From the NCBI GenBank assembly GCA_002633005.1, contig NMRA01000392.1, positions 314,279-378,278 on the forward strand: DNA of 64,000 nt. The letters run 5' to 3'. A model generated the notes under the pieces. The model was not told the DNA's origin and ran no database searches. It saw nothing but the letters and a program-made list of their open reading frames with translations. The stretch's first letter is position 1. Each line of letters opens with the position of its first letter. Source of the DNA: Phoronis australis (taxonomy: Eukaryota > Animalia > Phoronida). Positions 1 to 14,563 of the stretch are shown here, piece by piece. The position numbers and the translations under genes are program-made.

Positions 1-17
1 ACTGTATTTCACTTTAA

Positions 18-333
18 AGCTGCATTTTGCCCTGTTTAGTAACTGGCTTTAAACATATTTCAAGTTTTTATCCGAAGACCCAAAAGTTGTTGTTGTTGAG
101 TAATGTGAATGGGCCTATTTTTGATTGGAAGTCCTTCAGTGCTATTTTTAAATGCCAGGGTGACCCTAATAAGTACAATGTTTTTCTGACTGGTTGAGGG
201 TTTGTATCAGTTCTAGCGGTAACAGAAAACGAGTCCAATCATGGTTAGGCAACTTTAAGGCTGATTTATAAGACCACACTGGGCCCAATGTAGTTTTTTG
301 TTTGTAAGCCAGATAAAAAGGGTAAATACAACT
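18..333. mobile_element. Kolobok-like MITE (TTAA target), degenerate
   Basis: TTAA|AGCTGCATTTTGCCCTG ... AGGGTAAATACAACT|TTAG with imperfect TIRs; a related copy lies at 31453-31814. Confidence 0.55.
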
Positions 334-1359
334 TTAGTTTTTTGTTTTTTTAAACTGATATATTTATTGAAGAATAAACAGAACATACAAAGAAATAATG
401 ACAAACCTAGAAATCGCAAAGCATTATATTTAGTTTTTTGTCACCCAAACAAAAATCAAAATCCCAAGCAAAGTTTACAAAGCTCTATTCAAAAAGCAAA
501 ACTCGATGGAATTTGATGTTGGCATTCATGACGTTTTTGGTCGTTACAAATTTGAAAGTAGAGCCAGTCTGTATTCAGTGGCTAAGAACGTGTTCTAGGA
601 ATGTCGTACAGCCTGCTGATGACGCGAATGACTGGATGTTTGATGGGTCTTGTTTATTTGGGCTACTTATAGCATTCATTCAAGATGCCATTCCTCCGAA
701 AGCTGTTTCACTGCTCTAAAACCTAAACTTTCAGCAAAGATTTACTAATGAAAATTCCAAAGTATTATGATCAATCTGTTGTTTTTAGGCATCGCAATTT
801 TTAATCTGGGTCATCAGAAATAGGTCTGAAAAAATTGTCTGCACAATATCTGTAACAAAATCGGACAAAAATCTAATTCAAATCAAATGAAAAGGTTTTG
901 TTATGAATGCATATAGTATATTTACACTGAGAATTAAGATATCTAAAGGAAATTGTGACCTCCGTGATATCGAGTAACTGACACAATCGTCTGGTTGCAG
1001 CATTCCTTGATCGTCTATCCCATTGCTCGCTGCTTTTCTTGATGGCAACATTCGACTTAGGATTTAACATGGACTTTGATGAGTCTAGCATTGGTGAAAA
1101 ACAAAGTAGATATGGCACTGGTGTAACTGACAATGATATTAAGGATTTTGTTGTCTCGCAAACGCCGTCAAAAAACCAAGAGTGATGTGATAACATTCAA
1201 TAAATGATATATAAGAAGCAAAGAAGTGAACATTGAAGACATTGCTAAGAGGATGCTAATTCAATTTAATTCAATTAAAAGCATTCACAGGGTTTTTAAA
1301 CAGAAAAGGATCACGATGGTGAGAAAAAATTTAAAGAAGGGTAACTTTCCAATGAAAGC

Positions 1360-4300
1360 ACTCTGAAGAGCAATACTTGGTGAAATCAAATAAAAATTTA
1401 AAGGTGAGACTGGACGACAAAACCAATGTAATAGATAGCCTTCAATGAGATCTATTTATGTGCTGCAAAAATAATTAAAAAAATATCCCTCACAGTGTCA
1501 TCTTGCATCCGATTTCGCCCAATAATAAAAGTCGTCGGGCTATTGTGTGAACAAAGAAACAAACAAATGAAAGCCCTCTGAGGAGCGACTTTTGGCGTAA
1601 TTAACAGAAAAAACGATGATAAAGATGATGACGAATGTAACGACGATGGTGGCGATGATGAACAATACAAGTAATAATAACATTCACATGACGAACGTAG
1701 AGGCCAGAAATCAGTAAGTATAGGCTACAGTCTTGAGCGACACTTGGCGAAATTAACTGAAAAGACGACGGCAGAGATGATGACGAAGATGACAAATATG
1801 ATGGTAATGATGGTGGCGATGCTGAACAATATCATAACATTACTATGACGAACTTAGATGTCATAAATCAAAAAAATATAGGCTACAGTCTTGTTCAATA
1901 GAAGGTACACCAACAACAGTCCATAAGCCTGGGTCAACAAAGGAACAGCATTTTCAGAAAATCTCGAATAATTCAAAAAGTCGATGTTGTATTGAAAAAA
2001 GAAAAACATTTTCTGAACAGCCCATTCAAAACTCTATCCAGCTGTGTAGTTTCGTGAAATTCTGTAAATTTTTTGATGAAAAATGAAATTCTGCATCTTT
2101 TTACCGTAATCGTTCGGGTTAACGCCCATGCTCAGTTAACCGCCCATCCCCGACTTTAAGTGGATTTTCGATTTAACCGCCCATTGCTCGGTTAAGCGCC
2201 CCCCTCCGATTTTCGAAGATTTCCAGTTAAGCGCCCATCCCCGACTTTTAAAGAATGAAGATTTAGCGCCTAGTGCTAAGGAAACGCGCGATTCCCCGAC
2301 TTTAAGAAAAAGATCGATGATCACAACGAGTGCAACGGCGCCGGGACTCCGAGACGGTGGTTTAGCAATCTGAATTACAATACAGGTAACGAGTTATTGT
2401 CTTGGGTCATGAACTCACTTCAAAATATAATACTTGAACCTTTTTGTCACTTTATTTTCTTCCCTTGTTTCCTAAATTTAAGAACGCCGCCGGCGTCAAA
2501 ACCTCCGCTTTCAGCGACTTTGTCTGCCGCGCTGAGTTTCCGTCTGCAGTGCACTAGATAAAAAATATATTCGAAAAAATCAGGCCAGAGAAATGACAAT
2601 AGTTTGCCAACCCTCCAAATTCTATTAGGTGGGAAGCTCTCGTATTTTGAACAAATCTCACAACTCACGGAAAGATGTCAAATTCTCAATATTTCGATGA
2701 ATATAACTGCCGGGTTATAGAGGATGTGGGGCGACCGAAGGGACAGTACAAGTGCCTTACTTGGATTTCTGAATTCAAACGTTGGCAATAATGTATGTTT
2801 GTGTATGATCTTGAAGTAATAAAAAACGGCTAGTCAAATTTTGTTTTTCGCTTATTGCATCTCAGTCAAACTGGTTAGCAGATTTAACTAATGTCGCTGG
2901 CTGTTCTTTACTATTTCTTGCGTCAGCCCCCACGTCAGCGTGACTGTGTGAATTATCGTTTCCACATCCCCTTTTTAGCCATCTAGAATAATTTTGTTTA
3001 TACATTGGCCATTTTCAGCCTGAACAAAAATTCTTACCATTCGAGTCTGAAATATCTACGACGTAGACTGCTTGACGATGAGGNCATGAAAAATAAATGT
3101 TTTTCCACCACGAAGTTTGGTAAGGTGATCGTTTAGAATTATGAATTGAAACATTGCTGTTTTCTGACATTTTGTAACATATTTATGCAGTTGCTTGAAA
3201 TTTTATTCTTGATCGACGGCTGGCTCGACCACCCCCGATCCTTGTCTTACTTCTTTGCATAGCATGTTTGGCGCAACGGCAAGAGAGCAATGCCGGGCTG
3301 TCGAGATAAGACAGCTAGCCGCAGAACCATACGCCGAAAATGTCATTGAGTCACGGAGTGTCGACTATAACATCCCCAACACAAAAAAAAAACAGCAGAG
3401 TTAATTTTTTCAAACTTTTATTACAACCAATTTTAAAACTGCTGTCTGACTCAGAACTTGACAGCTACATATAGTACGAGACTGTAACCATAAATTTGAT
3501 ATCTGACCTCTGCAACACGTGAAACTTGCACGCGCGCACTTAAGCAAGGTCACATCTTGAAACAGTTTTAATTCTAGTGGAGGCTGCGTGGTGACTGGTC
3601 GTCTGCGCACCGCAGGACGGCTATTACTCAGCAATTTTGTAAAATTAATTGTAAATGACTAATCTGAGGGCAAGAGAACCTTTGTTGGGATCATCCGCTG
3701 TTATGACGTTTTCACAGTCATTTGGTGACGTGACGATAAAGCTCTTTGAAAATGGCTACGCGTTCCGAGTATGATTGCCGTGTCGGGATTTAGATTGCCA
3801 GGTAAGATTAACCGCCCAGGGCGGTTGTCTGTTGTAATAAGCGCCCATGTTCGGTTAACCGCCCATCCCCTACTTTAGGTGGATTTTCGCTTTAACCGCC
3901 CACTGCTCGGTTAACCGCCCTCCCCCGATTTTTTGGACTCGCCAATTTAACCGCCCAGGGCGTTAACCCGAACGATTACGGTAAATTCAAAGTCACATAA
4001 CTCGAAAACGGTAAGTCTGACAAAAAAATCGTTTCAGTTCATTTAAAAGCATATACCTCAGAGTATCCACGTGCAAAAATTCAGGTCATTTGTTTTTCCC
4101 GTTTAAAGTGGCGCTCTGGCACGTCTGAAAATGGGTCAACATGTGCCAGATCCGCCATTTTGGAATCAACTTCCGTTTTTTAGGATTGCATAATAGCCTG
4201 CAACAGAAAAGTAATACATGGAAAATTTCAAAGCAATTGGTCCTTTAAAGCGCCCTCTACAGTAGAAAACATTTTTTGCCTGAAATCGAGGTGTGCATGT

Positions 4301-7300
4301 GCATTAAAGCTGATATTTCCGCCATTTTTGACCAAAAGTGAATGATTTCTGGCACATTTCGAGGACCTGTTCAGTTTCATATTAGTGCTGATTTTGAGCC
4401 CGATATGTCAAAAATTGTGGCTTCTATGAGCCAATGAATCAGAAATGGGAAACAAAATGGCCGCCATGGCCGCCATCTTGGATCTGCTCATGACCAAAAA
4501 CAATAGGCTTTCAGCACTTAGAGAGTTACACGTTGTGTGTAAATTTCGTGTGGATAGGACGAAAATTGCGACCTTTAGAGTGCGAACAAAAAATGAAAGC
4601 GCTCTTGGCGAAATTAACAGATACGACGACGGGTAGAGATGATGATGAAGATGATGGATATGACAATGATGGTGGCGATGATGAACAATATAAGTAATGA
4701 TAACATTCATATGACAAATACAGCTATCAGAAATCAGTAAGAAATAGGCTACAGTCTTGAGCGAGACTTGGCGAACTGACTAAGATGACGACGGAGATGA
4801 TGACTAAAATGACAAATATGATGATGGTGGTGGCGATGATGAACAACATCAAAACGTTCATAAGACAAACTTAGATGTTATAAATTAATAAGAAATAAGG
4901 TACAGTCTTGTTCAAAAGAAACTAAACCAGCATTAATGCAGAAAGAGTGCTCAACAAAGGAACAGCGCCATCAGAAAATCTCAAATAATTCGAAAGGTAG
5001 ACGTCCTAGTGAAAAATGGAAAACATCTTCTGAAAGCCCGTTCAAAATTCTATCGAAATTGATAGTATCACACAATTCTGTAAATTTTTCGAAAAAATGA
5101 AATTGTGCATTTTTTAAGAAATTCAAACTCAAATAACTCGAAAACTGTAATTCTAAGAAAAAATTGTTATACGTCATATATACTTCAATGAATCCACATG
5201 CAAAAATTCATGTCATTCTCTCTTCCCGTTTAAAATGGCACTCCAGCACGTCTGAAAATGGGTCAACATGCGCCAGATCCGCCATCTTGAAAGCTATTTC
5301 CGGTTTTTCAGCTCTGAATAATAGCATGTCATAAGAAACTAATACCTGAAAAATGTCAAGGCAATTGGTCCTATAATGCGCCCTCTACAGGAAAAAATGT
5401 TTTTTCCGAAATCGATTTACTCCTACGCGAGTGCCCATATTTCCGTCATCTTTAACCGGAAATGAACAATTTCTGGTATACATGCAGCATACATCTGGTC
5501 CAATAATTGTGCAGATTTTCAGCTGTGTTATGTAAAAAAATGTAGCCTCTAGAAGCATTTGAATGTTAAAATGTAAACAAAATGGCCGCCAAATCCGCCA
5601 TCCTGGATTCGATTATGACGAAAGACTATAGGCCTCCAGTACTTCTGAAACTACGTGTTATGTTTAAGTTTCGTGATGATCGGATGAAAATTGCGACCTG
5701 TATCCTACAAACAAACAAAAAAACGAGAGCGCTCAGAGGAGCGACACTTGGTGAAATTAATCGAAAAGACGACGATGGGGACGACGACGATGATCATGAC
5801 GATGAAGGTGGCAATTATGAACAACACGATAACATTTATGTGACTAGCGAAGAAATCAGTCAGAAATAGGCTGCAATCTTGTTCAATAGCCGGTAAAGTG
5901 ACAACAGTGCGAGAGCGCTCGCACGAGCGACACTAACACTTGGCGAAATTATTCGAAAAGACGATGTTGGGGAGGACGACGATGACGACGATCATGATGA
6001 TGAAAGCGGCGATTATGGACAACACGATAACATTCATGTGTCAAGCGAAGAAAGCAGTAAGAAATAGGCTGCAGTCTTGTTCACTCACCCGGTTTCTCGG
6101 ACAGCAGACGACAGAGGTTGATAGCAAATGACAGCCACTGGTTTGCATCAAAAGTAGGTAAAAACTTGGCTTGGCTCATTCAAAAACACTTATAAATCAG
6201 TTTCCTGGCATCTGTTTTCAACATGTTCCTCGAACAATGAGCCAAACCTGACATATGCCCTGTATATGAATTGTAGGCACTTAGAAAATGCCCGGTGGCC
6301 ACGACCTGATTGTTCTGTGCTACCTAACAATCTTGAACGACACTAGGCGAAATTAACGACGATGATTGTGACGATGAAGGTGGCGATTATGAGCAACACT
6401 ATAACACTCATGTGACTAGAGAAGATGTGAGAAATCTGTAAATAGGCTACAGTCTTGAGCGACACTTGGCGAACAGCAAAATCAGTCAACAAAGGAATAG
6501 TGCTTTCAGAAACTTTCGAATAATTCAAAAAGTAGACGTACTCAGTGACAAATTGAAAATATCTTCTGAAAGTCGTTCAAAACTCTATCTAAATTGATAG
6601 TTTTGCAACAATCCATGAATTTTTCAAAAAAATTGAAATTTTGCGTTTTTTTTTAAATTCAAAGTCAAATAACTCGAAAACAGTAAGTCTGAGAAAAACT
6701 TTATCCCAGAACTTTTGAAAGAGCATACTTCAAGGAATCCATATGCAAACATTCACGTCATTTGCTCTTCCTATTAAAAATGCGACTGCAGAACGATTGA
6801 GAATGGGTGAAAATGCGCTAGAGCCGCCATCTTGAAAGTAACTTCCGGTTTAACAAAATTTTATAAAAGCTGATCAAAAGCAACAAACACGTGACCAGTT
6901 TGAAAATGATTGGTTTGCCAATGCGCTCTCTACAGGAGAAAACGTTTTTGGCCAGTTATCGAGGTGCGCTTGCGCCATTGCCGATATTTCCGCCATCTTT
7001 GGCCGGAAGTTAAATATTTACTGCGCAGTTGTAGTACTTGTGTGCTATAATAATCATACCAATTTTCGGCCCTGCACGGTGAAAAATGCGGCCTCTATGA
7101 GCAATGTCTTCATGGTCTTGTTCAGCAGAAGCTGAACCAATATCAGTACAGCAAGAGCTGTCAACAAAGGAACAGCTATCAGAAAATCTCGAATAATTCA
7201 AAAAGTAGACGTCGTAGTGAAAAATGGAAAATATACTCTGAACGCCCGTCCAAAACTCTGATAGTTTTACAACATTCCATAAGTGTTTCAAAAAAATTTT

Positions 7301-7927
7301 GAAAATGGGTGAAAATGCGCCAGACCCGGCATCTTGAAAGTGACTTTCGGTTAAACAAAATTTTATAAAAGCTAATCAATAGCAACAAATATGTGACCAG
7401 TTTGAAAATGATTGGTTCCTCAATGTGCCCTCTACAGGAGAAAACGTTTTCGGCCAGATATTGAGGTGTGCATGTGCCATTGTCAATATTTCCGCCATCT
7501 TTAACTGGAACTCAACGTTTTTCTGCACGGTTGTAGTACATGTGTCCTACAATAAACGTACCAACTTTCAGCCCTGTATGTAAAAAATGCGGCCTCCATG
7601 AGTATTTGAATCTGAAACCGGAAACCAAATGACCACCACGTCTGCCATTTTGAATCCGATGATGACCAAAAACAATAGGCTTCCAGGACTTTCCGATCTA
7701 CACTTCGTGTGCAAATTTCGTGAGAATCGGACGGAAATTCTGACCTGTAGAGAGTGAACAAAAAAACAATGTCAGACCAACATACTTGGCGGTATTCCCA
7801 GAATTCCGTCAAGTAAAAAACTTGATGTCAGACCAACATACTTTTCGAAATTCCCAGATTTCCGCTAAGTAAAAACAAACTTGATGGAAGAGCAACATAT
7901 TTGGTGAAATGTATTTCGCCAAGTAAA
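1360..7927 (+). repeat. Cluster of modular non-autonomous elements (Helentron/HINE-like) with GAT/GAC microsatellite blocks
   Basis: Recurrent modules (acttggcgaaattaac, ataggctacagtcttg, aaaatggccgcc..gccatcttg, gcgccctctacag, aactcgaaaac) are each repeated several times. The cluster ends in three tandem hairpin-bearing termini at 7770-7927. Confidence 0.7.
2104..3981. mobile_element. Non-autonomous TA-target DNA transposon (Tc1/mariner-pogo-like)
   Basis: Perfect 24-bp TIR CCGTAATCGTTCGGGTTAACGCCC with TA on both sides and subterminal ttaa(c/g)cgccc repeats. It splits a host repeat whose uninterrupted form is seen at about 6630-6690. Confidence 0.88.
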
Positions 7928-8669
7928 TATGGTAACAAAGTAACATGCCCCCTGGGAAAGGAACCACCACCAAACTACAAGCTCTCCCTAGCAGCTACAT
8001 TCTAATGTGTAGGCCTGTTGCTTCAGCAGATAGTAATTATCGCAATTTAATGCTGGAAGTCCAGTCTGCTAGCAGCATCTAAGAAGTAATTAACAATAGA
8101 TTGAAAACAATGAGCCGCTCTAAATCACATTTGGAATAATCTTGAGATAACGACTACATATATAGAACTACTATTGGTAGCCTGTTCACAAAACTGTGTG
8201 TATTGGGCAAACAGCAACTAGTGTTTCACCAAATTGCTCTTCATACAGCTTTTTATTTGCACAAGTGCTGTCTCTGGTGATTGTCTAATTTGATAAATAA
8301 TGTTCAAAGGAACTGTCCTACTCTTTAGGGCTGTGGTTCAGCTCAGCTACAGTTGAATAGTGATGTTATCCTTATGTGGTGTTTCCTGTAAATGTGACAG
8401 GACTGAGCACAACTTTTAAAGAGCTCTGACTAATGGGTGCCATCCTCCTGTGATAATTTTGGCTTTTACATTTGCCTCTGTATCTTCACATTTCTTGACG
8501 ATATTTCCTAACATTTGGCAAACAAGTTTTCGTTATTGAGATGTCAGCATCTTTACATATGGGAATGAATTTGATGTATTGTGCGCTATGTTAGTGGTAT
8601 TTATTTTCTCTGTATCATTATGAAAATTGGAAGATGTGTTCCTGATAACAAGCACAATGCTAAGGTTGA

Positions 8670-8838
8670 TTTTCAGATGGGTATGCCTGTAGTTGCATTT
8701 TCAGATTGGTATGCCCATAGTTGCATTTTCAGATGGGTATGCCCCTAGTTGCATTTTTAGATGGGTATACCCCTAGTTGGATTTTCAGATGGGCATGCCC
8801 CTAGTTGCATTTTCAGATGGTTATGCTCGTAGTTGCAT
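8670..8838. repeat. Minisatellite, 6 x 28 bp
   Basis: Unit ttttcagatgggtatgcccctagttgca with small variations. Confidence 0.9.
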
Positions 8839-8859
8839 TCTTTGTATCTGTTCAGCAGT

Positions 8860-9191
8860 TGTATCTCCTAAACCTCAGCAGGATCTTTGTAACTTCGGCA
8901 AGTATATTCCTATGAAAAAACTTGACAATAGATGGACGAATACGACTTTCGCTGTGCCTCCCCCATTTGCAGTTTGATATTTTACGTTTAGCTTTGCCAA
9001 TGTATCTTTGGAGTTCCTTGACAGATTTTAATGAAATTTGGCAGATTATTTCCTTCACCTGATTTTCAGGTATCTTTGATGTATTTTGCACCATCTTATG
9101 GCCATTTTTATGATACTAAAAACATCCCTAGAAGCATACTCGTTTGTGGTTCAGTCGTGGGTGCATTTCAGCACTTTGCGTTTGTCTTGTT
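8860..9191 (-). mobile_element. Fragment of the HINE-like family seen at 49136-54711 (reverse orientation)
   Basis: gtgggtgcatttcagcac...tcttgtt is the reverse complement of the aacaagag...tgaaatgcgcccac 5' end; a similar piece lies at about 41350-41564. Confidence 0.6.
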
Positions 9192-12100
9192 GAAAGTGTC
9201 TTTGAGCTTAGAATATTAAATGACTTTTCTACGCTGGTTTTAGATTCTGGCCTTCAAACATCTCTCTCTTTTAAAAACTATCCAATCTCTTAATGTTTTC
9301 ATTAAAATTAAAATTCTAAAAATACTGTATGTAGGCCATATGTCTATTGTTCACAATGTTGCTGAAGAAACAAAAGCACCTGGTTTCTCTAAAAATAGAG
9401 CCATCATATGCCTCATTTCAACGTTGTGCTGACACCATTGACTGTCTGTGGTAATTTAACAAAGACACACCAGCATAGGACTTAAATCAAAATTAAACCA
9501 CAATTAAAAAAATCTTAAAGTTGTACCACTTCGTTTTTTGCCAGAGGCTATTTGTGCATGATGCAGACTCCCTGAGGGTGATGTTGCATGCAGTGTGTTT
9601 GGTGGATGACAACAATGGCCTCGCGCTTTTTACAATGGGACATAATTATCGAGTGGCGCTGTTGACGTAAGGCTGTGTTGTCACAGTTATCAGATCTGGA
9701 ACAGTTGAAATGTGTGTACTGTCCAACATAGCTGTTAAACTGTGGTTCAGGTTCCTTCACCTGAAATAAGATCTTTATGTTCAATGCATGTTTAGAAACT
9801 AGAGGACTGGAGTCAACTGTTGTGAATGCTGGCATATAAAAAGGTTCAGTAGACGAAAATTTCTTTGGCTCCCGAGTACTTATCATAAGATTTCAGAAAC
9901 AATACAAAAACTTTCAAAGAAATGTTATTAGGAGATTAAAGCCACATTGAATTGCACTAATCTATTTCAAAAATCATTACTACCTTAACATTGCACAGAA
10001 TAACAAGTTACTGGTGATTAAACAAACTGCTGCTGGATTAGTGCTTAGTGTCTGCCATGTAAGTCACTTTGTTCGTGCATCAATTATTTTCTGCAGTTGT
10101 GTTTTCATTTGTTTACTTTATGTCTGTTGTTAGAACTTTTTTGTATTTGCTGTGCATGCCTAAGTGGCTAGTTAATGGGTATAAACTGATTGAGCATTTT
10201 GAGTATTACCTTTTGAACACGTCAATCTCTCTAAATTCTACTTACCTGAACTGATGCTTAAATCTGATTTTGTTTGTTAAGTATCTACATTAATTTTATT
10301 GTTCATATTTGATTATGTGAGTTGATGTTCACTTAGGTTGGTAAAAACAAAATGAGACAAGGGTGAGGATGGCTGGACACAGTAACCAAATCTTTTTCTT
10401 GAATTGTGGCCATAAAATAGACTTTAAAAATGCTGCAAGATATGGAAAAGAAATATTAAGTAGAGAAACTAGATCTTGCAACATTTTAGTGTGGCTTTGT
10501 GATGGCGAATGGCACCGTGTTCAAAGTGGATTGGCTTTTGACTACTTGGTTGGTTTCTAAATGGTTCATCTTATCATTTATTAATTTCTAATTAGCAATT
10601 TCACCAAATAGCACGACTTGTTTTATTGATGTCAAAGTAATGCAGCACACTGACTGTTGCATAATCACCAACTAATGTCTTGATGAATGAAGATTACAAA
10701 TCCTGTTTTGTAAAGATTACTCCAATAAGGCAGGTCTCATCAATAATTCGTGATGACAAACATATTTTATCACTCACCTATTATGCAGCAAGTTTCACTT
10801 AAGTGGGTCTCTTTCTGCTAATAATACTGAGCTGTTTAGAGCTTAAATTATATAGCTTTCTGTGTAAAGACAGTGTTAACTCAGCCAATCATACAGTAGG
10901 TTTTAGATCTTCAATTGCAAGCATGTCATTATGATCCTAAAAGGCTTTCTTTACAGTGCTAAAAATTCTCTAAGATTCATGTTTATGTTGTTAGGTAGGA
11001 GTCGTGTGAATACAATCATGCTTGCTTTCAAAAGGCTCAAAAATAAAACTTTCTCGTTGAAAAATTGACAAACCAATTGCTAATTATCAAGTGATTTGTC
11101 AACTTGTGTTTGAAAAGTTAACTGTCTGGCTGTTGAGAATTTTGAGAAAATCCAATTCAATTCGTCTGCCATACTGTGCACCTAAGGTGAAAATGTTTCC
11201 CATAAGTTGGTTTTATATTTATTTGGTGTTTTATTAATTAGATAATGGCTTGCACTAGGTTTACTATTCACAGTCATGTCAGAAGAGTATGTCTCTTTTC
11301 CATTCTTTCCGTCCATTGTTGCTTGTTGAGTTTCCCTTCCACTCAACACTTAGGTGTGAAAACAGTTATTCACTTGTGGCCTCCTAATTGGCGGTGTCTA
11401 TCCTTGATTTCATGGTTAACAGCAGGTCTGTCTTCCATGACACCTCCCATTGTGCCAAGTCATGACTGCTTAGGGACTTTGCACTTTGTACTGACTGAAT
11501 ATTTTATTAACAGTTTATTCACTTCATTTTCTCTCGGGGGGAACAAAGTTTTCGAAAGAATCACTTGGATAGTCACTGTATGAATACTTTCAAGTAATTC
11601 AGTAATTTTATTGATTTTGTTTGTTTATACAGATTTGGAAAAGTCTTTTTTCGTAATACTTTCCTGAATCAAAGTAACATGCTAAGTGAAGTGTGTCGTA
11701 ATTAATTGGTCATGCAACTTACGTGAAATACTCTCTGGAAATCAACATAAAAATCTATCTATATTTTATGTCATTAAGGAAATTTGATAGACACAAAAAC
11801 GGATATGAGAACTGGACGGGAATTGGGCATTGATAGCAGAATTGTCCTTGTGTTTGTTGTCCATGACTGTCTGTGTGTGTGTGACATGCGGGGTTGGCAC
11901 TAGCTAATGGGCTTGACCAAAAGAGCTTGCTTTCAGTTTTAAGGTTATCCAGGACCCTATCCACTTGTCTGTACATTTAGTCAAATATCTACAAAACTAT
12001 AGAATTCAACTCGGCAAACACGTTTGATTTTTAACTTTATATCAGTCTGCCACTAATTAGGTAAGGTGCCTGAAAAAAATTAGCTAAAAAGAAAAGCAAA

Positions 12101-13111
12101 TTTGTTGCAAAACTAGATCAATAACACAACGAAACTCCATACCACAAATGTTCAAGATAAAATCTTAAAGGTGCTGTTGCAGTTTTCTAAATTATCATTT
12201 AGTTTTTCGTTGTATACAACGTCCATTTTTTTCATAAAAACCATATAGTCCTTGGTTTTGATAGCCTTCATGCAGAAGTGGAAGAAGTGTAACATTTTCA
12301 AAACTATACCTAGCAGCATTTTAGAGCAGTGTGTAAAGCATAGTATCTGAATGTTTCACTTGTGAATCTGATCAATCGTTTCTGAGATACGATGTTCCAA
12401 ATTTGGCCAAAATAACACACTTTTTAAGGGTCATATATAACGAAAAAAATAAGTATACGCTCTATAAAATGTAATTGAGTGACAAGGTAATAGATGGCGA
12501 TATTTACAACAACAACAGGGTTCCCAACGATTTCTGCGTTCCCGTTTTTTTCTTTTACTTTTTGGAGCTATTCCTTCTTTCCTACTTTTCCCTGTAATTC
12601 CTAATGTTTAACAGCTTTTTGTTCACGTTCATTTCATTAATTTCAGAAGTTTCTGTTGTTGTAAGGCCCAAAGTAAGTAAAACTGTATCAGTTCCTGTTT
12701 TGCAGTCTGTCCGATTGCACCTGCTTCCCTACTGTAGGTAAATGGTGTTGTAAGAATGACAGTGTAAGAAGTTAACATTGTGCTGTGTTTCTCCTTCAGT
12801 CACTGGGGGAGAATTTGGGGCCTGCTGTTAAACACAAGATTAATTTTGAAAAAATTGGACGGGCTTATTACAGTCAGTGCAGTTTTGGCATCAAGGTGAC
12901 AAAAGTGTCCACTTTTACTGCCTTTGTTACTATTGTTTCTCAAATTCTGTAAATAGGTTGTTCCTTACAATTAACCTAGCGTGCTTGCCCTTCACTGACA
13001 ATCAGGTGTGCATATGGCTTTCTATTTTTGTATTTTCAGTTCCAGTTAATGAATAAAAAGAATTGTCAGTTTTGAATACAACTTGATGTCAAAAAAATAA
13101 CATTTAACTTA

Positions 13112-14563
13112 CCGTCTTCACCCTAATAGCCGCCCGATGCCCCTATAAGCACCCATGCGTTTTCAGACTTTGCTAAAATAAGCGCCCAGTCCATGAATGT
13201 GTACGTGCGAAAAATGCCTTACCTACAGTCCTAAAATTCTACAGTAACGTCTTCAATTTGTCAGACCTAAAAAAATCATTGTGCGCGGATGTCCTAGACC
13301 ACGAGCCTCACGGCTATGTCGGTATTTAGCTATGACTATACACTTCAAACTTCTGCTGTGCCTCATAAAGAACGCAAGTTTTATTGATCTTGCGACGAAT
13401 GTGCCGTACTATGGTGTGGCCTTTAAGAACAGACGCAGCGTACTTGTCAACGGGATTGTATTGTAGATATTTCCCGCCCACAACAGGACTCCAAATTTCT
13501 TCGTACACGTAAAAACTGCGAATCAAAGACTTAAATAAAAAACTCGACCAGTATTAAAAGCACATGGCCGGGAGTGTGCGCTACATACTTGTACCTGCTG
13601 TTATTAAAGACATTATTCGGGAACTATCCATTTATGAAACGGGTAGTATACATCGGCAAGAAATAAATATTGGCACTAATTTCTGACAGTTTCTAATACC
13701 ATAAAAAATTTTGCGTTGTTTTTGAGAGGGATTATTTGATTAATCTTAACTGTTGTTTTTAAAGCCAAAAATCCTATAAAATGACGACAATGAATGCTTT
13801 ACACATTCTTACACCAAAAAATAACTGACAGACAGTCACGTATGCATCCAGCCACACGACTAATATGGGTCTTACCGAGACAATGTCAAATGTTTATTAG
13901 CAGTCACCGCCAAGTGCTGAATGAAACGCGTTCTGCTTTCTGCTTGTGTACAATGTACATGTAGCTCGTAAGATTGCGTTTACTCTGTCAAATGAACTCT
14001 GGTGACACGCACCTGCTCGGTTACTCTCACACACAGACGAACGTCAAAACAAATGTCACGTGACAACAACATGCCCAGAGATTTTTTCTCGTGTTACCGG
14101 GTAGGCCTACCATCATAGACGGCACGATCTAGCACAGATTTATACTTAACCCGCTGTTAATACCGACTCTATGGGAACTTAAAAATTTTATGGCTGCTAT
14201 CTGGAAAACTTAAGGAGGATTTCAGGTAATTTGCTTGAGTTGAAATTGTATTTTTATTCAAGCATTCAGGTTGCCGTGTCAACGATTGCAAGGCAGTTAG
14301 TGGGCGAGCTTTTGCCCTGGGATTTATGCACTATTTTCTCTAACGTGATCGTCATTTAACAGCAAAGTTTGATAGCAATGAACCACAGTTTTGTAGAAAA
14401 TCTTTCATAGGTTACAGATATGTCACAGAGCGTGAATATGATGAATCTTAGCTTCCGATTTCACCCGTTTCGGAGACCGGGTTTCAACCACCTTGGGCTA
14501 CAATAAGCGCCCCCCTGAAAGGAATTTTTTAAGTGCCTTGGGCGGTTATTAGGGTGAATACGG
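13112..14563. mobile_element. TA-target DNA transposon with a HIRAN-like remnant
   Basis: TIRs CCGTCTTCACCCTAATAGCCGCCC / GGGCGGTTATTAGGGTGAATACGG, TA flanks and subterminal ataagcgccc repeats. Confidence 0.82.
13326..13526 (-). pseudogene. Degenerate HIRAN-like domain inside the transposon
   Basis: IRSFYVYEEIWSPVVG...NPVDKYAASV...IVRHIRRKI resembles the HIRAN pattern RG(Y/F)HVY..IW.P..GE...N..D.YAVAV....VGH.P. Confidence 0.55.

Noticed and set aside
1452-6528. Ser/His/Asp-rich short ORFs
   Set aside because: Translations of GAT/GAC microsatellites within repeated elements; no splice structure or family motifs.
8670-8838. 28-bp repeats as a CRISPR array
   Set aside because: Head-to-tail units without unique spacers, no cas genes, eukaryotic context.
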